IMG/VR virus record: IMGVR_UViG_3300030207_003925
Coordinates: 1 to 39,720 of that record
From: a virus
Lineage: Duplodnaviria > Caudoviricetes
DNA: 39,720 bases
Direction: 5' to 3' (one strand)
Shown here: piece after piece, positions 19,301 to 28,167 of the stretch
Layout of the letters: each line of letters opens with the position of its first letter
How positions within the stretch are numbered: position 1 is the stretch's first letter
The notes under the pieces: model-generated
The model's input: the letters and a program-made list of their open reading frames with translations, nothing else
What the model was told of the DNA's origin: nothing
Databases searched by the model: none
Position numbers and translations under genes: made by a program

Positions 19301-22300
19301 CATGAGTATTATTACCAGATTTTGCACTGACATAGGTATTACCGTCAGCTGAGCTAGTGGTTCCACTTATAATCATGTAATCGCTGGCGCCGGTCATGGC
19401 ACTTGTCTTTAGGCCGGTATAATCGTTGCTTTGAGAGTATGCGGCTTCGCCCAAAAGCAATCCATGAGTTTCAGCGCCTTTTACCTGCATTGCCCCTAAA
19501 GAGGCAGTTCTTACATCAAGAATGTATCCGGGATTAGTTATTCCTATACCAACATTGCCATCTTCTAATATCCGTACTAATTCTGTGCCGCCTCCACTTG
19601 CCCCATTTGTATAAAATCCAAAATATCTATTGGTATCATCGTTATCAGTATCGATGTTGAAAGTCATATTCTCATAAGCATTAATATGAGCTGAACTGCT
19701 GTCTGCAGTTCCTATATTGACTACCCCGTATTTTATATCTAAAGTGCCGTCGGCTTGTATCCGCATCTGTTCAGTAACAGAAGTTGCGTTATTGGTCGTT
19801 AAAAATGCCAGATATCCACTAACCGCACTATTGGTATTAGACTGAACTCCTCCTCGAACTTCGGAGTAAACCATGTTAGCAGTACCATCATTATCTTTCC
19901 CTGTAAACTGAAGGTATCCCAATGGTGCACCATTAGCGGGAGAAGCGCTGTTGTTGTAAAGCTTTAATGCTGGAGCATTGTTGGTCCTCTCAAGTTTCAA
20001 AGTATCTCCAAAGACATGGAGCTTTGAGTCGGGACTATTTGTTCCTACTCCAACATCAGCCCCGCTAGGACCGAGAGCTATTTTTGACGCAGATGCACTT
20101 GTATCAATACTAAAAACCCCATCATTATCAACCCACCTTAAAAAGGCATCACTATTAAAATATAATTGCGCTCTTTTCGCAGCGGGAGCTAGTATGGATA
20201 TGCCAGCATGATCGGAGCCTTCAACTATGAGCTCGTCTGCACCGGTGAGAAAAGTTTGACTACTGGCGCCGCCGCGAACATATAATTTTGCTGTATCGGG
20301 ATTTGTTGTTCCTATACCAACCTTGCCATCAGCCCTTTTTATTGTTAATATACCGGTTTGGACGTTGTCCTCTACCTGCTCTATATAAAAATTGTTTGTT
20401 GATTCTTCGTATTTTAATTTAGTGCCGTAAGTGGATGAGCTTCCGTCTTGGAAAAAAATACCTTTAGTAGTCGAGGTGGGGACCTGAATTGATAATATAT
20501 CCGCTGGATCATTTGTTCCTATTCCAACGTTACCGTCAGATGTAAATCTAACCACTTCCTCAAGCGCTGTAGCGCCAGTATTTTCTAAAGAAAAAGCTAA
20601 GTCGGCTGCTGCATTATTATTGGCATTTCTTATAGAGGTTATTCTCGCGCCGTATCTGTTATTAGTGTTAGTAGTAGACGTCTTTAAGAATATAGAAGCT
20701 CCGTAGCCTACTGCGCTGTGAGAAAGTTGGCAGAAAATATGGTTATCACCTGCGGAATTACCTTCTCCCCTAATAGTTACTTTACCATTTAGATTTGAAT
20801 CTGTGCCTATGCCTATAGTACCATTATCAAATATATTAGAATTACCAATAGTATCGGTATCAGTCCATCTTGCGATATAGTTTGTAGTGCCGCTTCCATC
20901 TACAACTCCTGACCCTAAATTGCCCTCAATGACATTACCAGAAGAATCTACCATTAACCGATAGGCTGCGGTTCCCGTGTGAGTTCCGGAGCCGTAAGTG
21001 TTAAATTGTATAGCGCCACCATACTTAAACATTACGGCAGCTGTTGATTGGTTTGGCATGAAGGTGAAATCACCCGTACCTTCGCTATATCGTATCCGAC
21101 CCGCAACGCTTCCAACATTGTTATACCAATCGATATCCATGTTGGTAGCGTTAGTAGTATTTTCTATAACAATTCCAGCTGTATTAGTGCCTTTTATATG
21201 CAGTGGTTTATCTGGGTCAGTTTCCCCTATACCGACATTACCGTCTTCTTGGATATATAGAGCGTCTACAAGACTATCACCAGAGTTAACTGTAAACAAT
21301 AGATCGCCTGTAGCTGCGCCACCGGGAGCAGTAGCTAAAGATCTTATCCTTGCAGCAGTATTAGTAGCTGCCCCCGTACTTACGCTGCCACCCCCAAATA
21401 AAATATCTTGGTTACCGCTGGACCATGTATTTTTTAAAATTATATTAGCTCCATTGTTACCAAAAGTTCCTTGTCCTTCAACATGCAGCTTTGTACTGGG
21501 AGTTGTTGTCCCTATACCAACATTCCCACCATTATCTATCGTTACTTTAGTTGAACCTGAAATCTGAAAAGCTAATTCAGATTCGCCTGTTGCTCCATTA
21601 TTATAAATATTAGCGTTAGTATTATTAGCTGCATTTAGAAATTGCAGTTTATTGCCAGAAATTATCCTAAGCGCAACGCCAGATGAATTAGCCGTGTGAA
21701 TATCTAAAGGTGCAGAAGGGGCGGCGCCTATGCCAACACTGCCTCCCATAATGTGCATAGTTTCAGTATCACTCCCTGCTACCATAGTACTGAATGTCAA
21801 ACGGCCATCTTCTGTCCCGCCAGTATTATCAGCAATAAATGTTTCTATAGTACCGTAACGTGTGTTATTATTTCCGCTATCATTACCGTCGAAGTAAAGG
21901 AAACCAATTAAGTCGCCGTCACCATTTCTGTCTGATCGTAAGGTTAAACCTGCTTGACCAGCACCATCATTTTCAAATAGTATTTCTAAAGCAGAAGCGG
22001 AATTTTGATAAATGTGAAGCGGGGCGCCGGGACTATCTATACCTATGCCAACGCTACCATCCACAAAAAGATTCGCATTATTAACCTTAACATCACCAAC
22101 GGGGTTTAAATTAATGTCGCCTGTTCCACCGTAAATATAAGCGTGTGCAAAATTTGAATTATTTTGACCAACAATTAAGTTATTGCTGTCAGTAATACCA
22201 ACTAAAGTGGCTAGAGCTCCTCCTGAAGTATATCCGTAATGATAATTATTATTGCTAATTAAAGTACTGCCAGCGACATGTAATTTTTGAGCTGTAGTTA

Positions 22301-25300
22301 GAGTACCTATACCGACATTACCCTGTAACCCTATATGAGTTTCTCCGGTTTGTCTGATTATTACGTCGTCTCCATTCGAAGCAGCGTCAATAAAGAAGTT
22401 GCCATTCGAATCGAGCATTCCAAAGTAAGCTGTATAATTATTTGTTCCGCCAGAAGTCTTGAGGTCAATACCAGCCCAGTTACCGGTGCTATTATTTTCT
22501 AATTTTATTTGACCTAAATCAGTGACAGCCAAATGACGACCCGGACTTGTTGTCCCTATGCCAACATTGCCGTCAGATATAATTCTAACAGCCTCAACCC
22601 CATTACCTGCTTGGAACGCAAGGCTATCATCAGGATTAGTATTACCAATAGTCATAAGACTAGTGGCATCACTATATTTTATTTCGGCTCCTGTAGCATC
22701 GTTTGGAGAAGCAAAAATAATTCTGGAAGTGTTAGCTGCTGCGGTAGCAATAGTAATTCCTGCGTTTCCATTTCCTTCGACTATTAAAGTATCCGCTGTT
22801 GAATCATAAGCGAATGAGCCCGGGTTAGACTCACGAATATGCAGTTTGCCAGATGGAGCATTTGTTCCTATACCAACATTAGCTCCATTCATTCGCATTA
22901 TCTCATTATTATCAACCTTAAATATCTGAGCACTATTTGCTTGGGCGTTGCCTTCGTCAGCAGAGACAGTAACTTGGCCGTTGTCGGCAGTAATCATCGA
23001 ATAGTTGCTGGTATCTAAAGTATCTTCCAGTCTTATCCGAGGGGCTTGAGCTGCTATATGAAGAGAGGCAGCCGGAGTAGCAGTTCCTATACCAATAGCA
23101 GTACCACTTTGTGCTATAACGGAATCCCCAAGGGTATCCCCATCTTCCCACTTCGGTACATAGTTGGCTGTTCCGTTTCCGCCGACACCAGAAAGCACAT
23201 CTTCAACTAATTTCCATTGGGGGCCATCTTCTTTACTTGTTAGAACGTAACCGTCGACTCCGGTGGAATTTGTTGAGTCGTAGAGATAACCGCTGATTAT
23301 AGCGTCGCCAGCAACATGAAGCCTGTGCTCTGGTGATGCATTATTGATTCCGACATTACCATCGGTATTTATTAAAAACTGAGAACTTCCACCTTTTTGT
23401 ATTTGAAAATTATTGTCGCCGTTGCCTGCGAATGATCTATCTAGAATAAAGTTATGGTTACCATTACTATCTGAATCTTGATCTGCTACTATTTTACAAT
23501 TAAGATCGTCTACATGAAATTCTATATCTTGAGCGGTATCTCTTCCAACTACTAATCTAGCTCCGTAACTAGGAGCTGCCGTAACATCTAATATTCTAAC
23601 TTGCCCTCCGTAAACATGGAGCTTTCCGAGAGGAGCCGTTGTCCCTATGCCGACATTGCCGTCAGCATTAATTCGCATCGCTTCATCAGCTGCGCCAATT
23701 CCATCAGTTTTAAAACGAACATAATCTTTTGTGGCAAGAGTAATTCCATATCCGGTGTGAACTGCATTAATTTCAAATTGGTTAGTCCTGTCGGCTCCTC
23801 CGCCAGTAGCTCCCCAGAAATTTATATATGCTGTTTTAGGATTATTTGTTAGACTTATGGTTGGGCCAACCGCATCATTTTGCCTAATATGTAATATTGT
23901 TCCCGGAGTAACTGTTCCTATTCCAACCTTACCATCGTTTTTAATGGTCATCGCTTGGGTCGAAGTATTCACCCAGAACGACATATCTGCATTACTATAT
24001 TGTAAGAGCTTGACCTCACCACTATTTCCAAATTTTTCAATAGTAAAATAATCAGTGCCACTAAAGTCAGCTCCGTCTGCGTCCAAGAATAAACGAGCAA
24101 ACCTACTTGTCGCCGTAGCGTGACCTAAAGAACTAAATCCGCCGCCTGCTCTTTCGGAGGCGGTTGATTGATTTGTTCTAAATATGGCATGGGTATAATT
24201 AGGGCCAGCGACAGTTAAAGCAGCTTCTGGAGCATTTGTTCCCACACCAACGTTGCCATCGCTATTAATAACAAGCCTATTAGCTCCGGCTAAATCTATA
24301 CTAAATCCGGCGTTTGAAACTCCAACAATAGCGGGAATAAAGTCAACCGTGTTACCTCCGGCAAAATTGCTGTTTAGACGTAGTCCTTTTTGCCCACCGC
24401 TTGTTATATAACTCTCTAGCTTTCCCCCGGGATCAGTTGTGCCTATACCAACATTACCGTCTGCGCCATTTATAGTCATAGCGTAACTGTAAGTGCCTCC
24501 TGTCCTACTTAAAAAACGTAAATCTGTATCATTGTTAGTTGGGCCAATTAATCCATTTGTCCCGTCAGATCCTATATTAATACCATTATTGCCATCAGCA
24601 GGAGTAATACGTAAGATTTGATTGGTCATCGCTGTGCCATTAGCGCTCCCATCACTGTTTACGTGAAGAGGAGTTACTGGATCATCTGTTCCTATACCAA
24701 CACTGCCATTAAAAAAACTGGTAGCCCCTATTCTTGCATGAGTTGTTGTTAACGGTGCTGTGCCTGAATTTGTAATAGGCCCGATCTCTACATCGGTGTG
24801 ACCAAAAAATGTGCCAAGCCCATCGGAGATTACTATTGCGCCGTGATTGGAAACACTATTACCCGGCACTTTAAGGTAAAGGTAATCCCCAAGCGCTGAA
24901 TACCAGCTAGAGAGCAAAACATCGTGAGTTGTGGCATTTGTCCAAGCAGACTCATAACGTCTTAACATTGTTCCTGAGCCGAGTGTCACAATGCCATCAA
25001 AATAGCTCGTCCCATGAACATACAGACCGTAGCTACCACTATGTACGCCTCCCACACCGAGTCTGTTTAAAATATCAACATCGCCATCAGCCTTAACAAC
25101 TACACGACTTGTGCCGCCTTGGTCTAGAGTCAATAGGTCCCCAGAACCATCACCCCGCACATGAAGAATCTGACCCGTAGAAGAGGCGTGATCGGATCGG
25201 ATTGATACAGCAGCATTAGTTGCTGTCCCCGTGTGAACCTCATTTGTATAAAAATACCCTACTGCTGCGGTTGTAGATGAGCCAACTGCGTGAAACGCCC

Positions 25301-25810
25301 TTGAAGTAGAGTCTCCTTTAATAAAAAGTTTAGCGGATGGCGTAGTTGTTCCTATGCCAACATCGCCGTCATTATCTATAGTTACCTTAGTCGCTCCCGC
25401 AATTTGAAAATCTAATTGAGCTACTCCTGACGCTCCATTATTATATATACTTGAGTTAGTGTTATTAGAGCCATTTAAAAACTGCATTTTATAGCCAGCA
25501 GTCACCCTAATGCCAACACTATCCCCATTCGCAGATTGGACGTCTAGCGGGGCAGCAGGAGCAGCTGTACCTAAACCAAAATTGCCGCCATTATTTATGT
25601 AGCTGTTAGCGTCAGCCTCAGCTTCGAAAAGAACTTTTGTGGTTCCATTAAGGTCTGCTAACAATAGCTGACCATCTCCATTAGCATCAGTTCCTAATAA
25701 AGCAGAAAGACTATCGTCAGCAGCGTAAGCTCCAAAATGCTTAGAGTCCCCTTTTATAGCAAGTAACCGTTGTGGGCCAGCTGTACCTATGCCAACATTA
25801 GTTCCATTAT
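13600..25810 (-). repeat. Dispersed coding repeat GNVGIGTxxP (about 35 copies in two fibre genes)
   Basis: The + strand consensus gttcctataccaacattacc recurs near 13603, 14515, 15472, 17185, 18020, 19186, 19541, 20308, 20515, 21508, 22864, 23915, 24440, 24688, 25348 and elsewhere. Confidence 0.9.
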
Positions 25811-26291
25811 CAACTAAAACTCCCGTTGTTATAGTATCTTCATCAGACCAACGAGCTACATAATTAGCAACGCCGGAACCTCCGACGCCAGATAAAACAG
25901 ATTCAATACTTTTCCAATTAACGCCGGTTGTTCCTTCGTTGGTGAGGACCATCCCTCCCTCTCCAATGGAATTATTAGAATCATAAATGTTTCCAGATAT
26001 ACCCAGCTTGTTAACATTAAGCCTATTACCATTAGTAAAAGTTAAATCAGCATCGCCGCCGAAAGCTCCTGCATTATTAAACTGAACTTGAGTATTCGCG
26101 CCGCCGGGAGTACCTCCTCCACCTCCGCCACCAGCTAATTGATTCCACTGAGAAGTGCCACCTGCCGTTCTCCTCACCCATTGAGTCAAGTTACCCGTGT
26201 CGATTAGATACGCGCCATCCAAAACACCTGTCGGTTTTGTATCCGAGGTGTTTACCGTAAATCTATCTCCTGCGTATCTTGTAATTGCCAT
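16374..26291 (-). CDS. Giant modular tail fibre (3305 aa) with C-terminal S74 chaperone
   Basis: About 27 G.VGIGT..P repeats separating variable beta modules. Ends TSSIAIKENV...IRPVKY...IGLIAEE...PELV...VNYSR plus a coiled coil. Confidence 0.9.
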   Translation of the reverse strand: MAITRYAGDRFTVNTSDTKPTGVLDGAYLIDTGNLTQWVRRTAGGTSQWNQLAGGGGGGGTPGGANTQVQFNNAGAFGGDADLTFTNGNRLNVNKLGISGNIYDSNNSIGEGGMVLTNEGTTGVNWKSIESVLSGVGGSGVANYVARWSDEDTITTGVLVDNGTNVGIGTAGPQRLLAIKGDSKHFGAYAADDSLSALLGTDANGDGQLLLADLNGTTKVLFEAEADANSYINNGGNFGLGTAAPAAPLDVQSANGDSVGIRVTAGYKMQFLNGSNNTNSSIYNNGASGVAQLDFQIAGATKVTIDNDGDVGIGTTTPSAKLFIKGDSTSRAFHAVGSSTTAAVGYFYTNEVHTGTATNAAVSIRSDHASSTGQILHVRGDGSGDLLTLDQGGTSRVVVKADGDVDILNRLGVGGVHSGSYGLYVHGTSYFDGIVTLGSGTMLRRYESAWTNATTHDVLLSSWYSALGDYLYLKVPGNSVSNHGAIVISDGLGTFFGHTDVEIGPITNSGTAPLTTTHARIGATSFFNGSVGIGTDDPVTPLHVNSDGSANGTAMTNQILRITPADGNNGINIGSDGTNGLIGPTNNDTDLRFLSRTGGTYSYAMTINGADGNVGIGTTDPGGKLESYITSGGQKGLRLNSNFAGGNTVDFIPAIVGVSNAGFSIDLAGANRLVINSDGNVGVGTNAPEAALTVAGPNYTHAIFRTNQSTASERAGGGFSSLGHATATSRFARLFLDADGADFSGTDYFTIEKFGNSGEVKLLQYSNADMSFWVNTSTQAMTIKNDGKVGIGTVTPGTILHIRQNDAVGPTISLTNNPKTAYINFWGATGGGADRTNQFEINAVHTGYGITLATKDYVRFKTDGIGAADEAMRINADGNVGIGTTAPLGKLHVYGGQVRILDVTAAPSYGARLVVGRDTAQDIEFHVDDLNCKIVADQDSDSNGNHNFILDRSFAGNGDNNFQIQKGGSSQFLINTDGNVGINNASPEHRLHVAGDAIISGYLYDSTNSTGVDGYVLTSKEDGPQWKLVEDVLSGVGGNGTANYVPKWEDGDTLGDSVIAQSGTAIGIGTATPAASLHIAAQAPRIRLEDTLDTSNYSMITADNGQVTVSADEGNAQANSAQIFKVDNNEIMRMNGANVGIGTNAPSGKLHIRESNPGSFAYDSTADTLIVEGNGNAGITIATAAANTSRIIFASPNDATGAEIKYSDATSLMTIGNTNPDDSLAFQAGNGVEAVRIISDGNVGIGTTSPGRHLAVTDLGQIKLENNSTGNWAGIDLKTSGGTNNYTAYFGMLDSNGNFFIDAASNGDDVIIRQTGETHIGLQGNVGIGTLTTAQKLHVAGSTLISNNNYHYGYTSGGALATLVGITDSNNLIVGQNNSNFAHAYIYGGTGDINLNPVGDVKVNNANLFVDGSVGIGIDSPGAPLHIYQNSASALEILFENDGAGQAGLTLRSDRNGDGDLIGFLYFDGNDSGNNNTRYGTIETFIADNTGGTEDGRLTFSTMVAGSDTETMHIMGGSVGIGAAPSAPLDIHTANSSGVALRIISGNKLQFLNAANNTNANIYNNGATGESELAFQISGSTKVTIDNGGNVGIGTTTPSTKLHVEGQGTFGNNGANIILKNTWSSGNQDILFGGGSVSTGAATNTAARIRSLATAPGGAATGDLLFTVNSGDSLVDALYIQEDGNVGIGETDPDKPLHIKGTNTAGIVIENTTNATNMDIDWYNNVGSVAGRIRYSEGTGDFTFMPNQSTAAVMFKYGGAIQFNTYGSGTHTGTAAYRLMVDSSGNVIEGNLGSGVVDGSGTTNYIARWTDTDTIGNSNIFDNGTIGIGTDSNLNGKVTIRGEGNSAGDNHIFCQLSHSAVGYGASIFLKTSTTNTNNRYGARITSIRNANNNAAADLAFSLENTGATALEEVVRFTSDGNVGIGTNDPADILSIQVPTSTTKGIFFQDGSSSTYGTKLKYEESTNNFYIEQVEDNVQTGILTIKRADGKVGIGTTNPDTAKLYVRGGASSQTFLTGADELIVEGSDHAGISILAPAAKRAQLYFNSDAFLRWVDNDGVFSIDTSASASKIALGPSGADVGVGTNSPDSKLHVFGDTLKLERTNNAPALKLYNNSASPANGAPLGYLQFTGKDNDGTANMVYSEVRGGVQSNTNSAVSGYLAFLTTNNATSVTEQMRIQADGTLDIKYGVVNIGTADSSSAHINAYENMTFNIDTDNDDTNRYFGFYTNGASGGGTELVRILEDGNVGIGITNPGYILDVRTASLGAMQVKGAETHGLLLGEAAYSQSNDYTGLKTSAMTGASDYMIISGTTSSADGNTYVSAKSGNNTHVRAGGNNSTNEVVVSASTGVTYKSDVRHEFSTGSVGIGTNSPYNLLHVNGTGRINSLIVGNCAASNTPAKALHIKSSGTDAVLRIEDLDSSNQVFDFLVDQGVGFQIIDKGTGSSTNTRLTIDTNGNVGIGSTQPGVSGLDIAGKLSIGSPNNSYDLYNNGTTYLNGNVTIDALLSITGTAASQSIINSSTTDSAAADSYLNIFKTAGSGGGSRATLRVGYDAANCFQVSRIRNNANIYINSRQSSSSMVFQIEDNEQMALSSGQLKFPDNKKIIMGASNDLQIYHDGNNWIDANGAGDLYLRNLNSSGDVIVQAGASGDVYIKVHSGETALKATNNGAVELYYNDTKTFQTTANGVKLSQSAASYLFGGDDEILAGQDSSGYYFATGNSQNVNKPIFIGDNASYIQFKTSDAEQVRIDGSGNVGIGTTNPGSYKLYVNGNTMLDGTAYVDGLLTVDGDIDFESAGQYITFYGNSSADHSISSRNSAGAAADDLRINTYGALFINLDSNGNNTSGADFSIGRHAGTGAFSASDWLLDLSGETGQLKLNKYGSGTHTGTAAYQLSVDSSGNIIETTDGGGNVSGSGTGGKIAKWSGANGLTDSSFLSESGTTLTNTATLTNFSTNNATVTLSAYGRLGVGTNSATSPFISYLADNSTWNGDHALIRAYNGGNRGAKGHGDGSNLLKLDFSDACAMIVNKDGSVGIGTTSPGELLEVGNDGNTDYALIGPTKIGGGFGHGDYAGFSHRDRSTTTSYALLQHTAGTTYLNSNVRIYMGVNNANYTAQVESDRFQVNNTLKLNDNSKIKIGSSDDLEIYHDGSNSYISDNGTGFLKILASNFVIRNAGDTESMMDGDQNGAVSLYYDNSKKLETTTNGVTVTGTLTETSSIAIKENVETYTPSLDIINKIRPVKYNRKENKKKKEIGLIAEELAELFPELVEKDEKGNPSSVNYSRAVTVLLGGFKELYKEVQELKKRI

Positions 26292-26293
26292 AA

Positions 26294-27196
26294 CTATGAA
26301 AAGTTAAATTTAAACCCGTAAAAAGCTCCACTGTTGTACTGCCCATCATTAGTATTAAAATATATTTTTATGGTATGTTGTACTCCAGCCTCCATATTTT
26401 GCAACGGGTTAACTGGCGTAGTAAAAGTCGCTTGTCCTCCTGCTGTCGTATAAGATCTTCTATTATCTTGGTCAACCTTAGTGTTAAGTTGATTTCGATT
26501 TTCATAATTAATTGCAGGGGGGGTTTGAGCTCCGGCCGAATTGAATAACTTAACTTGATTCATGTCCCAAGGATTGTCCTCATCTCCGCCGGGGGACTGG
26601 CCCTTGCATATATGGATGTCATTTACTGCCAAATGCATTTTTTCAAAATCTGAACTATACTTCTCTCCTAAGCCAGAAACTGTGATTGATAAATTTGAAG
26701 TGGAATTTAGCGTAAAAGACCCCTCTGCGTATCCACTTTGAATAAAATGATTAAAAACGTCCTCATAATATTTTTCGCTAGGTGAATTAGGACCGCTGTA
26801 AGTATTTTCTCTGGATAAATCCAGTACAGTTGTTTGGTCAGCCTCAAAAAACAAATTTAATTCTCTTCCATCGTTTTCTACGATGAAAGGATTACCTCTA
26901 TGATAGCCTTCTAAATTATTCTGACTGTAGCCTTCTAACAACCAGCCGAAAAAAGCGTTAGAGTTATCCGCTGTCCTATTTGATAAATAGTTGAAATAAT
27001 AATCTTCGTCATTTACTGTATAAGGATGAGCGCTTTGGGCTATCGCTGAGAAAAGAGGGCCATTACTTGATATAACTTCCCCGGCCCCAATATTAGATGC
27101 AGTATTATAATATAAATAAAGATCCCAATCGATTCTGATTTCCTCATCGCTTGGATTGCTTCCTTTCCAAAAGGCAGTTGGAAAATTAACACCCAT
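26294..27196 (-). CDS. Hypothetical virion-associated protein
   Basis: 300 aa, Asn/Tyr-rich, coupled to the fibre operon. The C-terminal part looks like a beta-sandwich. Confidence 0.65.
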   Translation of the reverse strand: MGVNFPTAFWKGSNPSDEEIRIDWDLYLYYNTASNIGAGEVISSNGPLFSAIAQSAHPYTVNDEDYYFNYLSNRTADNSNAFFGWLLEGYSQNNLEGYHRGNPFIVENDGRELNLFFEADQTTVLDLSRENTYSGPNSPSEKYYEDVFNHFIQSGYAEGSFTLNSTSNLSITVSGLGEKYSSDFEKMHLAVNDIHICKGQSPGGDEDNPWDMNQVKLFNSAGAQTPPAINYENRNQLNTKVDQDNRRSYTTAGGQATFTTPVNPLQNMEAGVQHTIKIYFNTNDGQYNSGAFYGFKFNFS

Positions 27197-28134
27197 TAGA
27201 ATACGTACCCTGTGATTGCCGAAGCAAATATAACTTGATCATAACAAACGAACGTATATACGTTAGTTCTTGCGCCATCTATGTGAGGAGGACCTCCAGT
27301 CCCTCCCCACTTAACATAAGATCCCGAGGCAAATGTAGGCAGTATAGACGTTGACGAATCAGTATTTTTAATATACATAGTCAAAGTTTGACCATGGAGA
27401 GCATTAGTAAAATTATAGTTTCTATCCGTATCAATACCTACTTTCTGGATATTTGATAAGCTCCAGTTTATATTAGTTCCGCCGCCAATATCATTTACAA
27501 GATGCCTTGAAGTATTTTCTATAATTATATCTTCTACTGTTAAATCTCCTCCGGTATTAGTTAAGTTGCCCTGAACAGTAACAGGTCCATTTAAATCTAT
27601 TTCAGTAGATCCGTTTATTTCTACTTCAGGCGCCGTTAAAGATACTTTAGCGTTATTATTAACAGATATGCCTCCTGCAGCGCTCCCTATGTTCCCCCCA
27701 TCTTGAAAAGTTATCTCAGAACCAACATTACCAATATTATTGTCCTGCATGTTGATGTCACTAGCCGCGTCGTAATTCCATGGAGTAGTTGCTGAGTCGA
27801 AGGCTACTCCACTCCCAGTCACGATAAGACCGTCAGATTTTCTAACTTGAAGGTAAGGAAATGAAGCTACGTCAGTGTTTGATGCATTTACCCAATTATC
27901 GTCATTGTTATTAAAATAAATATCTTTATTAACTCCTGATAAAGTGCCCGCAGGAAAACCTACGTAGGCTGAGTTATCACCCGTAAAGATGAAATCTGCT
28001 AATTCTTTTGTGGTTATTTTCTTAGTGGTGTACGGACCAGTTGAAGACCCGGCGCCAACAGGGAGAAGATAGAAGCCACTTACAGCTTCATTTGTTCCCA
28101 TTCCTACTAATTGAGATATTTTTTTATTTGCCAT
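27196..28134 (-). CDS. Short fibre/virion structural protein
   Basis: MANKKISQL N-terminus typical of phage fibre proteins. C-terminal INW..SNIQ...F.N...GQTL...I.N...KW...P...NVYTF domain. Confidence 0.7.
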   Translation of the reverse strand: MANKKISQLVGMGTNEAVSGFYLLPVGAGSSTGPYTTKKITTKELADFIFTGDNSAYVGFPAGTLSGVNKDIYFNNNDDNWVNASNTDVASFPYLQVRKSDGLIVTGSGVAFDSATTPWNYDAASDINMQDNNIGNVGSEITFQDGGNIGSAAGGISVNNNAKVSLTAPEVEINGSTEIDLNGPVTVQGNLTNTGGDLTVEDIIIENTSRHLVNDIGGGTNINWSLSNIQKVGIDTDRNYNFTNALHGQTLTMYIKNTDSSTSILPTFASGSYVKWGGTGGPPHIDGARTNVYTFVCYDQVIFASAITGYVF

Positions 28135-28156
28135 TTCGCCTTAAACCTTATATTAA

Positions 28157-28164
28157 TATACACT
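28157..28164 (-). promoter_or_regulatory. GTGTA motif (AGTGTATA) heading the fibre operon
   Basis: tacac at 28159-28163 in a 33-nt intergenic gap. Confidence 0.7.
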
Positions 28165-28167
28165 CTT

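Noticed and set aside
12093-26291. Diversity-generating retroelement or invertase shufflon acting on the fibres
   Set aside because: No reverse transcriptase or recombinase gene, no near-identical TR/VR pair with adenine-specific differences, and no inverted cassettes seen in this window.
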